A stretch of DNA of 61,443 nt, counting the filler. It is 9 parts of 9 records of this genome, joined end to end, with 100 filler letters (N's around TTAATTAATTAA, not from the genome) between each part and the next. Parts side by side here need not be neighbours in the genome. Positions count along the whole stretch, not along the records: positions 29,869 to 35,399 come from SRR31147125_91639; positions 35,500 to 40,722 come from SRR31147125_91840; positions 40,823 to 48,935 come from SRR31147125_91896; 6 more parts are not named here. One strand, given 5' to 3'. Every line of letters starts with the position of its first letter. Position 1 is the first letter of the stretch. Made by a program: the position numbers and the translations under genes. This document shows, piece after piece, positions 33,640 through 44,856 of this stretch. The notes under the pieces are model-generated. The model had not been told where the DNA came from. It ran no database searches and worked only from the letters and a program-made list of their open reading frames with translations.

Positions 33640-35399
33640 TTATTCTCGAATGGCATTTGATTCCACGAGAGCGAAGGTGATAAGCGTGCCGGTTGCTGCA
33701 CCAATCTGTACGGGTGCGGAATGAGTCCTTGTGGTACAGAATGGGTCCTTTCATCGTTCACCTGGTTAAAAAGTCCCACCCAACGCGACACTTGTTGTGG
33801 CTCTGGCAAGATTCGGGCCACTTGGTATACCATCGTATTCACATAGCCGAAGGTGAACGTGAACAAAAAGTTAACTGTGCCACAGAAGACATGAGCGCGT
33901 CCATACCCCACACAACACTCCAGCTTGCACTACACACGGGGTACAACCACCCAGCCATGCGATCCCAGTGGACACTTTCGTCCCCCAAAACTCAGAAAAA
34001 CCAAGGATACCCACAAGGAACACTAGGTCTGGTGTCAACTCAGACTCATTTCCCTGAGAGTCATACCAGTGGGATCATAAAAGGCGCGAGCCGTCTTACG
34101 CGAAGTGCTTCGATCCCTGTGATCAATCGTCCAATTCCCTCGCCAATCATTCCCATCACTCCTGCCCACAGAAGGAGTGTATCCCCCCGTGGGTATGGTT
34201 TCACGGCATAAGGAATCAGGCCTGTCATGCCATAGTTGAGTGAGGCGCACAAGAACTGGAGTGGAAAGAGTGAAGGCTGTTCTGAAAAGGGGCTGTACGC
34301 GCGCGGATATTGCCAATAAGGAGTACAGACCATCGACGCTTTCCATGAAGAATGTCTCGACACAAGGATGGTTTCTCGTCCTGTGCAACCCACGACACCA
34401 ATAAAGGAACGCAGAAACAACAACCCCACGACGAACCGTGCTGCCAACATTCACAAGAAGAGGATCATCGTCCTTTAGGATCGAAATGGGAGTAAGGATA
34501 TCCCAGCCAAGAGACACAACACCCATCCTACCTCCGGGCGTGCATCCAAGACCGTAGGGGGTGGGGGTGTTTGTGGAGTATGTACTCGAAGGATCAGGGC
34601 CGACAGGAATCCCAATGCAGTCAAACAGGCAATAGGAAGGAAAAAAAGGGTAACAGAGAAACGGGGATGAGCGCCAGCGTTTTGGGCAAGCGCCAGAAAT
34701 TGAGAGATGAGTCCGTTCCATCCTACACCGTGCGCGTTATGTCCGTCCCAACACTTTTCAGTGTTATCCAACGACGCACCCATCCCGGATGAGACAGCCG
34801 CTGTGATTGAGGAGGGAAACGCCGCCACGAACGGGAACAAGGTCGTTGTACTCATACAGCCCACAGCACCCGATGCGAATGTAAGAAGGATCAAGATCAC
34901 ACTGGAACACGATCAGGAAGATCTTGACGTTACTCCCCTGCTGTGTACCTTCGTTGTGATCTGTGAATCGTAACAGTGGAGTTCCAGAAGAGTCCTAGGA
35001 AGATTGCGATGAAGGGTGCGGGGAACAGGGTTGCTGCCACAAACGATCCCGGAGCGGCGTAGCGGTGGAGCCCCAAGACCACAAAACACAACGGGAAGAC
35101 ATTTGCGGCCTGAACACTCAGTGCCAAGATAGAAGCGATGCCACAGCCCTCCGGCAGACGTTCCACAAAGACAGGAATTTCCGCGAACGTTGCTGTGATG
35201 AGAAGCCACGGAGTCAATCCCACAAGAACAAACATGGCGAGTTCCCATCGTTTTCCACGCGGTCTGTGTGCATGTCAGGTGGACCATTTAAAGTCTTTTT
35301 CACACACTTGTTTCGGTGTAGAAGCGGTGTATCCACATCTGGAACATGAGGAGGTGGAGGGGTGGCAGCGGTGGTGGTGGTGGTGATGGTGGTGATGGT
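33640..35399 (-). CDS. Multi-exon eukaryotic gene: SLC52/RFT-like riboflavin transporter (5' truncated)
   Basis: GLTPWLLITATFAEIPVFVERLPEG, GCMSTTTLFPF, GMGWNGLISQFLALAQ, PYAVKPY, FGYVNT, NQIGAATG; introns 35264-35307, 34902-34948, 34723-34779, 33706-33761 and others. Confidence 0.8.
35371..35399. repeat. TGG/TGA trinucleotide microsatellite at contig end
   Basis: gtggtggtggtggtgatggtggtgatggt. Confidence 0.85.
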
Positions 35400-35499
35400 N
35401 NNNNNNNNNNNNNNNNNNNNNNNNNNNNNNNNNNNNNNNNNNNTTAATTAATTAANNNNNNNNNNNNNNNNNNNNNNNNNNNNNNNNNNNNNNNNNNNN
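35400..35499. other. Artificial contig linker
   Basis: N44-TTAATTAATTAA-N44. Confidence 0.99.
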
Positions 35500-37162
35500 A
35501 CATCGCCTCTGCAACGTCCGGAAGGAAAACATGTGTCGGCGCACCTGCCCCCACAAGCACAGCGTTCGTTCTAAACCCAAATGTGAAGAAGGCTTCACCA
35601 TCCTCTTGCTTTTCTTCCCAGCTCTGCGACACCACAACGTCCAGCCTGTCTTTCTGCTCTTTTTTAGCAAGCTGCGGATATTTGTCGCCTAGCAATACAT
35701 TTATGATATTGTCATACATCTTATGCTTTATAAGACCGTACACCTTATCACCGAACTGACTAAGCCCCTCTTCATCGTCCGAATATCCATACATACAGCT
35801 TATAAAGTACCTTGCCGCCAATACCGACGCTTCCCTGTCATACCTCTCGAAGTCGCCTTTTATGTGCATTATATCAGTCGGCGTTAAGCCGCAGCGCATA
35901 ACATAACCTTCGCTCTCCAGCCGCTCGCTGTTAAAGCAATACACGTCCGTGCGCACAGCCATGACGGCATCTTCGAGTATCATCGGCCCTTCTTTCAGCG
36001 CCTCAATAAGTCTTAGTTCGGTTTCAGTATATCTGGCCGAATTCTTAGGCTCTCTTACCAGATACAAAAACTCATGCAGCGGATAGGAATGCTTTCTTTC
36101 TTTTAACAGCAGCAGTTTTAAATCGTCCTTTATCTTCGGCCACTTCGAAGCCGCAACGCACATCGGCTCGGCACGGCGTGTACCGATATCAACAGCGCCG
36201 TCTTTCAAACGTATTACGCTGTCGCCCCCAAGGGCAACCGTCTGCATGAACACTCCCTTAACCTGCGTGCGCCATCCGCCTATGCTTATACCGCTATTGG
36301 TCATAGAAGGAGCGCCGTCCCTAATAATGGATATATCAGTCGTTGTCCCGCCCATATCCACAATAATGCAGTCCTGCTCGCTCACAAGCCCACGTGCCCC
36401 AAGAACGCTTGCTGCTGGGCCGCTGTGAATCGTCTCCACCGGTCTTCTTTTAGACAGCTTATCCGTCATAAGGCTGCCGTCGCTTCTCACTATCATTGCA
36501 GGTGCTGTTATTCCCCTCTGACTCAGCGCTTCTGCCACCGCTTTTAAGAACTCCTGTATTACCGGAAGCAGCCTTGCGTTAAGAAGGGCTGTAGCTCCCC
36601 TCTCCATAACGTTTAGCTCTCTTACTATATCGCTTGCACACACCACAGGTACATCGTATTTTAAAAGCTGCTGCTTCGCCTGTTTCTCTCCTGCTGCGCC
36701 GTTCTTTGCCGAGTCGACCTCGGCAATGCTCAGTGCATCTGCGTCGCTCAACCACTCATCAGCCTCTTCAAGCGCCTTGTCTATTTGCTCCGCAGCCTCT
36801 TTCTCACTAAGCGCCTCTTTATCTATGTCAATACACAGTATATCTTCTTTCCTAAGCCCGTACATCTCGTCAGACCCTATCCAGTCGAGCAGCCTCTCCG
36901 AAGCTCCTATCAGCACCAGCTTTGCTCTTCCGCCTTTGCCCTCAACGCAGGCGTTAGTAGCAAGCGTCGTCGAAAGCGCAACAATCTTCGCCTTCTTTAT
37001 ATACTCCTCCGGCAGCGAGTCTATAGCTTCCCCTATGCCCGTGGTCAGGTTCTCCTTCGTTGTCAGCGCTTTTCCTTTTGCAAGCACACTGCCTGCTTCA
37101 AAGTCGTATGCTACCGCATCTGTATATGTTCCGCCTGTGTCTATTCCTATGCCTATCTTCAT
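35500..37162 (-). CDS. Hydantoinase/oxoprolinase family protein, 3' truncated
   Basis: GIDTGGTYTD, LSTTLATNA, SGPAAS, VDMGGTTTD, LGGDS, TPTD. Confidence 0.9.
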
Positions 37163-37237
37163 AATCTCTTTCTTTCTGTATATTGTCTATGTGCCTAAAC
37201 ATCATAATTATATACAGTAATAAGGCAATAATCCAGT

Positions 37238-37263
37238 ATAAAAAAACAGAGCGCATAGCCCTG
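37238..37263 (-). terminator. Intrinsic terminator downstream of the DUF2691-like gene
   Basis: Minus strand CAGGGC-tatgc-GCTCTG followed by a T-tract. Confidence 0.55.
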
Positions 37264-37305
37264 ACGTATTTACAAATATTGCCTCGTATTTGTATCAATA
37301 ATTTC

Positions 37306-37764
37306 TCACCATACTGACATACGTGTTCGGCAATCATTTTCGTCTTTTATAAATTCAATATCACTAAATCCATTTCGCTCAGCATTATATTTTATCAGCT
37401 CAATAATTTTACTACTTTTAGCGTAAACATCAACATATATACAATCCCAAATTAATATAATAAACTCGCAACAGCTTTTTTCAAAATCCTCATAACTTTT
37501 AATTTCAGTACTAGCTATTCCTATTGGGTAAGCCTGAATATTAATAAAACGAGGCATATAAGGTTTTCTTTCTATCTCTTTTTTAAAGGCTTCACCTTCA
37601 AATCTTTTGTCTTTAAATAAGAAACCGTAACCTTCTTTCATACTTATAAAAACTTCATCTTCTGATATGCTCCAAGAATATAGTCCAAATTCTATACCAT
37701 TTAGTATTTTTGAAATAACTTTATCATACAGATTTGGTATCTTAAAAGTAATTCCTCTGACCAT
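37306..37764 (-). CDS. DUF2691-like protein (low GC)
   Basis: MVRGITFKIPNLY...FINIQAYP...YEDF..S.CE...D..YVDVYAK...ENDCRT. Confidence 0.65.
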   Translation of the reverse strand: MVRGITFKIPNLYDKVISKILNGIEFGLYSWSISEDEVFISMKEGYGFLFKDKRFEGEAFKKEIERKPYMPRFINIQAYPIGIASTEIKSYEDFEKSCCEFIILIWDCIYVDVYAKSSKIIELIKYNAERNGFSDIEFIKDENDCRTRMSVW

Positions 37765-37804
37765 TATTCAGCACCTCACGATGTCCATTATACCATCAAT
37801 TTAC

Positions 37805-37832
37805 AAAAAAAGACAGAGCTTTTCAGCCCTGC
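37805..37832 (-). terminator. Intrinsic terminator downstream of glyA
   Basis: Minus strand GGCAGGGC-tgaaaa-GCTCTGTC followed by T7. Confidence 0.7.
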
Positions 37833-37848
37833 CTTCGTTCGTCTAACT

Positions 37849-39087
37849 CTATTTATACAGCGGATTTGCCTTGCACAGCTCAAGCACCTGTGTCTTTACT
37901 CTCTCAACTGCCTCCTCGCCGTTTTTGATTATGTCGGCGATAAGCTGACCTATAACGGTCATATCCGCTTCTTTCATGCCTCTTGTTGTCACAGCCGGCG
38001 TGCCTATCCTTATGCCGCTCGTTACGAACGGGCTTCTTGTTTCATTAGGTATCGTGTTCTTGTTTACTGTTATGTTAGCAAGCCCCAATGTTGCTTCAAG
38101 CTCTTTACCCGTTATGCCGTTGTCTGTTAGGTCAACAAGCATCAGGTGGTTGTCTGTGCCGCCGGATACCAGCCTTATGCCCTGCTCAGTAAGGCTGCTT
38201 GCAAGCGCCTGTGCGTTCTTTATAATCTGGCTCTGGTACGCTTTGAACTCAGGTGCCATCGCTTCTTTAAAGCTAACTGCCTTTGCTGCTATAACGTGCA
38301 TAAGCGGTCCGCCCTGCGTTCCCGGGAATATTGCTTTGTTAACAGCTTTGCCATACTCTTCTTTGCACAGTATCATACCGCCCCTTGGACCTCTCAGCGT
38401 CTTGTGTGTGGTTGTTGTTACAAAGTCCGCATACGGTACCGGGCTCTCGTGTTCCCCTGCCGCAACGAGTCCTGCGATGTGCGCCATATCTACCATCAGG
38501 TATGCGCCGACTTTGTCTGCAACTTCTCTGAACTTGGCAAAATCAAGCTTTCTCGGGTAAGCGCTTGCTCCTGCTACAATCATCTTCGGCTTATGCTCCA
38601 GCGCAAGTTCCCTTAAAACGTCGTAGTCTATAGTCTCTGTCTCGCTGTTCACGCCGTACGGTACTATGTTGAAATACTTACCGGATATGTTAACAGGGCT
38701 GCCGTGTGTTAAGTGTCCGCCGTGCGCAAGGCTCATTCCAAGTATAGTATCACCCGGCTCCAGCATCGCAAAATAAACAGCTGTGTTCGCCTGCGCTCCT
38801 GAATGCGGCTGAACGTTTGCAAACTCCGCTCCGAAAAGCTCCTTAGCTCTCTCTATAGCCAAAGTTTCAGCAACATCTACGAACTCGCATCCGCCGTAGT
38901 ATCGCTTGCCCGGATAACCTTCGGCATATTTGTTAGTAAGGTGAGAACCCATAGCGTTCATGACTGCTTCCGACACAAAGTTTTCAGAAGCTATAAGCTC
39001 TATCCCCGTTTCCTGACGGTCAAGCTCGTCCATCATCGCCTTATAAATCTGCTCATCCGTTTCTTTAACCTTTGTAAAATCAAGCAT
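37849..39087 (-). CDS. glyA: Serine hydroxymethyltransferase
   Basis: [45 protein letters not shown]. Confidence 0.98.
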   Translation of the reverse strand: MLDFTKVKETDEQIYKAMMDELDRQETGIELIASENFVSEAVMNAMGSHLTNKYAEGYPGKRYYGGCEFVDVAETLAIERAKELFGAEFANVQPHSGAQANTAVYFAMLEPGDTILGMSLAHGGHLTHGSPVNISGKYFNIVPYGVNSETETIDYDVLRELALEHKPKMIVAGASAYPRKLDFAKFREVADKVGAYLMVDMAHIAGLVAAGEHESPVPYADFVTTTTHKTLRGPRGGMILCKEEYGKAVNKAIFPGTQGGPLMHVIAAKAVSFKEAMAPEFKAYQSQIIKNAQALASSLTEQGIRLVSGGTDNHLMLVDLTDNGITGKELEATLGLANITVNKNTIPNETRSPFVTSGIRIGTPAVTTRGMKEADMTVIGQLIADIIKNGEEAVERVKTQVLELCKANPLYK

Positions 39088-39135
39088 ATTAAAACTCCTA
39101 TCCTACCGGTAAAGACCGGTTTGTGATCTATAAAA

Positions 39136-39819
39136 TCAAAGCGCTAAGTAAGCCTTTTTTGCTGCACTCTGTTCTGCGCTCTTTTTGCTCTTGCCTTCTC
39201 CCTTAGATATCTCTTCGCCGTCCACAATTAGCCTAATAAAAAAAGTCTTGTCGTGCGGCGGTCCCTGTTCGTCATAAACCTCGTATAATATATCCGTTGT
39301 GCCCTGTTTATGATAATGCTCCTGGAGCCTTGTTTTATAATCAAAAAATCCGCCGCCGGATAGCACAGAATCTAAACTGTCCTCCAGAAGCCTTTGAACA
39401 AGCGCCTTTGCGCTTAAAAACCCTCCATCCAAATAAACGGCGCCTATAAGCGCTTCCACAACATCGGACAGTATAGACGGCTTTTGGGCACCGCCGGAGT
39501 TTTCTTCACCCCGGCCAAGCTCTATATAATCGCTTAAATTTAGTTTTCTTGCTATTCTTGCAAGTGCGCTTTCGTTAACGAGAGCCGCCCTTGTTTTTGT
39601 AAGCTGCCCCTCGCTGAATTCAGGGTGTTCATTAAACAAAAGCTCACTTACAGTAAGCTCCAACACAGCATCTCCTAAAAATTCAAGGCGTTCGTAGCTC
39701 TCTCCAATGTCTGCGGAAGAGTGTACAAACGCCAGCGAACGAAGCTTTTCATCAGCAAAATAATAGCCGATATTTTCTTGCAAACCAGCAAAATCTTTTT
39801 TTACCATAACTGTTAGCAC
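39136..39819 (-). CDS. rnc: Ribonuclease III
   Basis: ERLEFLGDAVL, EALIGAVYLDGG, dsRBD (DYKTRLQE...GKSKKSAEQSAA). Confidence 0.96.
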   Translation of the reverse strand: MLTVMVKKDFAGLQENIGYYFADEKLRSLAFVHSSADIGESYERLEFLGDAVLELTVSELLFNEHPEFSEGQLTKTRAALVNESALARIARKLNLSDYIELGRGEENSGGAQKPSILSDVVEALIGAVYLDGGFLSAKALVQRLLEDSLDSVLSGGGFFDYKTRLQEHYHKQGTTDILYEVYDEQGPPHDKTFFIRLIVDGEEISKGEGKSKKSAEQSAAKKAYLAL

Positions 39820-39841
39820 TGCTGTTTCAATTCAAGCAATG

Positions 39842-40078
39842 CTAAAATCCACCAACATTCTTTTCGATGTAGCTGACCACGTCTTTGACTGTTGTAACCT
39901 TTGGCAGCTCTTCGTCCGGAATATCCATGTCAAACTCCTGCTCTAAATCCATGATAAGCTCGACGATTGCAAGAGAATCTGCTTTAAGATCTTCGACAAG
40001 ATCGGATTCCATCGTGATACTTTCTTCATCAATCTCCAGTTGGTCTGATAAAATCTTTCTTACCTTTTCAAAAACCAT
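39842..40078 (-). CDS. acpP: Acyl carrier protein
   Basis: DLKADSL, acidic 78-aa protein, plsX-acpP-rnc gene order. Confidence 0.93.
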   Translation of the reverse strand: MVFEKVRKILSDQLEIDEESITMESDLVEDLKADSLAIVELIMDLEQEFDMDIPDEELPKVTTVKDVVSYIEKNVGGF

Positions 40079-40096
40079 AAGTTACCTCCTAAAATT

Positions 40097-40722
40097 CTAG
40101 TCTTCTATTTTTATTTTAGAAATTTCATTTCTAATTACGTTTATAATATCGCCCTTGACTATGCCTGCAACCTGCCTAAGCGCACTGCTTATAGCCCTAG
40201 CGTCACTGGAACCGTGTGCTTTTACGACAGCTCCGTCTATACCAAGCAGCAGCGCTCCGCCGTACTCCTTATAGTCAAGGCTCTTTTTAAAGTTTCTGAA
40301 CGCAGGCATGGCGATAGCTGCGCCAAGCTTTGTTCTAATAGAGCTGTTAAGCTCTCCTTTAAGCAAATGCATAAGCGCACTTGCAAGCCCTTCCATAAAC
40401 TTCATTATAACATTGCCGGTAAACCCGTCACACACTATAACGTCATATTCTCCTGACACAAGATCCCTGCCTTCTGCATTCCCGGCGAAATTAACAGGCA
40501 TTTTTTTAATAAGCTTATACGCAGCTTTTGTTAGCTCGTTGCCCTTTTCCTCTTCTGCACCGTTGTTAACAAGCCCTACTCTAGGGTTTTCTATGCCCTC
40601 TACTTTCTGCATATAAATGCTTCCCATCAGCGCAAACTGCGCAAGATACGAGGGTCTGCACTCAGAATTAGCGCCGCCGTCAAGCAGCAGCACTTTTCCA
40701 GTAACGGAAGGAAGTAAAGGAG
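40097..40722 (-). CDS. plsX: Phosphate acyltransferase PlsX, 5' truncated
   Basis: LLDGGAN, NNGAEEEKG, CDGFTGN, GGALLLG, KAHGSS. Confidence 0.95.
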
Positions 40723-40822
40723 NNNNNNNNNNNNNNNNNNNNNNNNNNNNNNNNNNNNNNNNNNNNTTAATTAATTAANNNNNNNNNNNNNNNNNNNNNN
40801 NNNNNNNNNNNNNNNNNNNNNN
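40723..40822. other. Artificial contig linker
   Basis: N44-TTAATTAATTAA-N44. Confidence 0.99.
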
Positions 40823-41997
40823 CCTTCCATAGATAAATCCCGCTGCATGCCCCAGGTGTTGTAATAAAAAGACGGTTTTCTGGAAGCAGGATGTTCGCAG
40901 ATGCGGTTGAACAGATAATCCCGGATGATTTCTTTTCCTTTGTCCAGTCCACCCTGGTGATAGAATGCCGATGCGGTCCACACGGTTTCATAAGGACGTT
41001 TTAAGGTTATTGTTTCCCCTTCCAGATACCCGCCTTTTAAGATATCAACAGACACATCAAGATGATTGTTATTCAAAATCTGAGAGATACCGATAAAAGG
41101 TACATCCTGGTTTTGTTCTTCAAGATTAAAAGTTCCTTTCACGCCCTGCTGGCCATCTGTTGTAAATCTTGAAACAGGAGCTTCTTTGGATGGAGAGACT
41201 GGAGTCGGAGACTCGTATTGATCAGGAGAAGCATGTTCGTACGCTGTGATCCAGTTCAAATCTGCTCCGGAAAGGATATTTAACGGGCCTTTTAAGGTGA
41301 GTTTTTGATCATTTTCGAGATTAAATACATTTAATTTCGGATGATACATATGACAATTTGCCAGATTGCTATCTGTCCTGCGGGTAAATGATCTATCATC
41401 ATAGGTAGCGTTTTGATCATATTCAATGAGTTCCTGTGCCCAGCTTGCGATTCTAATTTCTGTGGTTTGTAAAGGTGTTTTGGTATTAAGACTGTATTGC
41501 GGAAATTTAAAATGCAGTTTATCTTTTAGTTTATTTAGCGGATACTCTTTATTGTCAGATGCCTGTAATACCAGCTTCTCCCTGAAAAGGGTTGTACCGG
41601 GAAAAAGTTGTTGATAAATGATAATTTCAAGACCATTGACCGGTGCTTTTCCACCAACCAGAACAAGTTTTACTTCCTCTCCACCATTTTTCATTTCACG
41701 AATATGGTGACTTTTATATTGCCAGAATTCATCCAGTGCTGACACTAATTTTTCATTTACTACAAATTCAAAAAATGGCAAATCTGAATGTGTGCTTAAT
41801 AGTTCTTTCTGTTGTTCGTTGGAAAAGATGGAGGAAACAAGAATTTTTCCCGGTTTGTTCGTGGAAACAGTAATCACTTTCTTTATGGTTTCGTTTTCAA
41901 GGATCAGATTGTTGGACTGAAAACGGATTTCTGCCCGGACATTTACGCCTGATAATAAGATAAAAAACAGTACATAAAATTTTTTCACGTTCATCAC
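40823..41997 (-). CDS. Secreted glycoside hydrolase, alpha-galactosidase/GH36-like, 3' truncated
   Basis: Signal peptide, long beta-rich N-terminus, then KPSFYYNTWGMQ at the expected start of the barrel. Confidence 0.5.
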
Positions 41998-42274
41998 TTT
42001 TTTTCCTTTTAAACGTATGGTGTTATTTCGTCGTAGAGGATATAAAGAATTTGTTGCATTTACAGAAAAAACAAAAGGTATCGTACTTGCTGCCGAATTT
42101 TCTGTGCCTCTGGATTGTTCCTCTAATTCGTATAAATAAACAAATCATTTATCAAAAAATAAAGATAAAAAAATTTCTTGCTTTTGAAACTTTCAAACCA
42201 TACTTTCGTACGATAATAGTAAGAAAAGAAAGAAAACGTAAGTTTAAGAATAAAACGTTTGGAGTTGCAGTAAA

Positions 42275-42865
42275 ATGGGAGAGGTGGAAAATCCAAAAAA
42301 ACAGCAGATTCTTGTTACAGCCAGGTCTCTTTTTTGGAAATTTGGCATAAAGCGCGTTTCTGTTGAAGAAATTTGTCGCGAGGCCCGGGTCAGCAAGATG
42401 ACCTTTTACAAGTATTTTAATAACAAGATCGATCTGGCCAAAAACATTTTTGAAAATATGACGTTCAGGTCTATGGCAAAATATAAAAATATTATGAACC
42501 AGGACATCGCTTTTGCTGAAAAAGTGAGAAAAACAATCCAGCTCAAGATGGAGCAGAGTGATGCGTTAAGTCAAGAATTTTTTGCCGATTTTTATAAAAA
42601 TGGCGATCCTGAGTTAAAGACATTTTTAAATAAAAAAATTGAGGAGAGTCTCCAAATTGTCACAAGGGATTATATCGAAGCACAGAAAAAGGGTGACATC
42701 CGGTCAGATGTAAAGCCGGAATTTATACTCTATTTTCTCCACCATATGATAGCCATGGCCAAAGATGAACAATTGGAGCGTATCTACAACTCACCCCAGG
42801 AGATGATAATGGAGCTAACTAACTTTTTCTTTTACGGAATTTTGCCGAGGGGAAATAATCATTAG
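42275..42865 (+). CDS. TetR/AcrR family regulator
   Basis: ARSLFWKFGIKRVSVEEICREARVSKMTFYKYFNNK. Confidence 0.92.
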   Translation: MGEVENPKKQQILVTARSLFWKFGIKRVSVEEICREARVSKMTFYKYFNNKIDLAKNIFENMTFRSMAKYKNIMNQDIAFAEKVRKTIQLKMEQSDALSQEFFADFYKNGDPELKTFLNKKIEESLQIVTRDYIEAQKKGDIRSDVKPEFILYFLHHMIAMAKDEQLERIYNSPQEMIMELTNFFFYGILPRGNNH

Positions 42866-42874
42866 GGGGTAATC

Positions 42875-44022
42875 ATGTTTAGGGTAAAAAAAACAGTGAT
42901 CGTAGTCATGTGCGTTTTTCTAAACGCTGAAATTATTTTATCTCAAACCATTGGACTACAGGGACAATTATCCGGTTGGGCCAGTATAAATTCGGATCAA
43001 TCCTATGAAACCCAATTAGGTGTTCGATATATCCCGGCTCTTTCTTACAATAAAAAAATATCTGATGTCTATACCCTGGATGTAGAATTGTCCGTGAATT
43101 CCTATGGAACTGATTTGATCAGGGCGCATAATGACATGGATACAAATGGTAAAATCAAACCTTACCGGATGTGGTTGAGATTCTCCTCGTCTCAGTTTGA
43201 AATACGAGCCGGTCTGCAAAAAATTAATTTTGGTTCCGCTTCTATCCTGCGACCGCTGATGTGGTTTGATCGCATTGATTCAAGAGATCCATTGCAACTA
43301 ACCGATGGTGTGTATGGTCTATTGGGACGATATTATTTTCTCAATAATGCCAATATCTGGCTATGGGGGCTTTATGGAAATGACGACACAAAAGGCTGGG
43401 AAGTGATACCCTCGCAAAAGAAAAAATCGAATATGGCGGCCGGGTACAGGTGCCGTTTTTTACCGGTGAAGTGGCCATCACTTTTCATAAAAGGCAGGCA
43501 GATCCCAATAATGGTATCATCGGTCAGATACCCCTGAAATTAGATGCCATTCCTGAAAACCGTTACGGTTTTGACACAAAACTGGATGTAGGTGTGGGAG
43601 TCTGGTTCGAAGGGGTGCTTGTCCACCGGGATATAGATATTCCATTGGTAAAGTACCAGCGCCTGCTTAATGTTGGAGTGGATTATACTTTTAATCTCGG
43701 TAATGGACTAAATGCGCTGACAGAATATCTCATTCTGGAGACATCCGATAAAGCATTTGGCAATGGAGAAGGTTTTTCTTTTTCAGCATTATCATTGAAT
43801 TATCCTCTGAATCTGTTAGACACAATGACCGGCATGATTTATTATGATTGGGATAATAAAAACTGGTACCGGATTATCAATGTTCAGAGAACCCTGGATC
43901 AATGGAGTTTTTACCTGCTTGGTTTCTGGAATCCGGACCAGTTTCAGATTTATCAGAACACAACAGACAGAAATCTATTTGCAGGCAAAGGATTTCAAAT
44001 AATGGTGGTTTTCAACCATTAA
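42875..44022 (+). CDS. Putative outer-membrane beta-barrel protein; frameshift in A-run at ~43422-43427
   Basis: Signal peptide, AGLQKINFG, D.RDP; the second frame continues IEYGGRVQ; C-terminal QIMVVFNH. Confidence 0.65.
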
Positions 44023-44139
44023 AATTTGAAATATATTGATAAAAAATATGAGTTCCTGGAGGAACTTGTAACTCAATGCCTGATAAGGTAAACATAATCA
44101 GAAAATTGAAAATGTGGTAATGTCACCTGGAGGACATAA

Positions 44140-44856
44140 ATGGACAACTCAAAAATCATAACAACGGAAAAACTGGTCAAGCGATTTCCAGCTGGTGGGA
44201 ATTATTTTACAGCCCTGAATGGTATTGATCTCGAATTTTTCAAAGGAGAATTTGCCGGTGTCGTTGGACCAAGCGGTTCAGGGAAAACAACCCTGCTAAA
44301 CATTATTGGTTCACTGGATTCTCCTTCTGAAGGAAATGCCGTTGTTTTGGGGCACTCCATTGGCGAATTGAGTCATAAACAAGCAGCCCAACTGCGTAAT
44401 GAGCACCTTGGCTTTATATTTCAGACGTTTAATTTATTGCCAGTCTACAGTGTATTTGAAAATGTCGAATTTCCGCTTTTATTACTCAAAATGTCAGCGC
44501 CTGAACGCAAAAAGGCTGTCCTGGATGCTATTGAATGGGTTGGGCTTTCTGAAAAAATAAAATCCAGGCCAGCCCAGTTATCCGGTGGCGAGTGTCAACG
44601 CGTGGCCATTGCCCGGGCCATGGTCAAAAAACCCAAAATCGTTTTCGCTGACGAGCCGACAGCAAACCTGGATGCGGCCAATTCGCACAATATTTTGCAA
44701 ACAATGGAAAATCTGAACAGGGAACTGAAAACGACCTTTATCTTTGCTACCCACGACGAAAAGGTTATCCAGTATCTGCACCGAAAAATTTCTCTGGAAG
44801 ATGGCAAGGTGGTAAAAGATGAAATCATGAAACAAACAGTTCAAGGAGAAATTTAA
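44140..44856 (+). CDS. ABC transporter ATP-binding protein (LolD/MacB-like)
   Basis: GPSGSGKT, LSGGECQR, FADEPTANLD, ATHD. Confidence 0.93.
   Translation: MDNSKIITTEKLVKRFPAGGNYFTALNGIDLEFFKGEFAGVVGPSGSGKTTLLNIIGSLDSPSEGNAVVLGHSIGELSHKQAAQLRNEHLGFIFQTFNLLPVYSVFENVEFPLLLLKMSAPERKKAVLDAIEWVGLSEKIKSRPAQLSGGECQRVAIARAMVKKPKIVFADEPTANLDAANSHNILQTMENLNRELKTTFIFATHDEKVIQYLHRKISLEDGKVVKDEIMKQTVQGEI

Noticed and set aside
29869-35399. Viral contig, alternative genetic code or non-coding DNA
   Set aside because: GT-AG intron removal restores coherent proteins in the standard code
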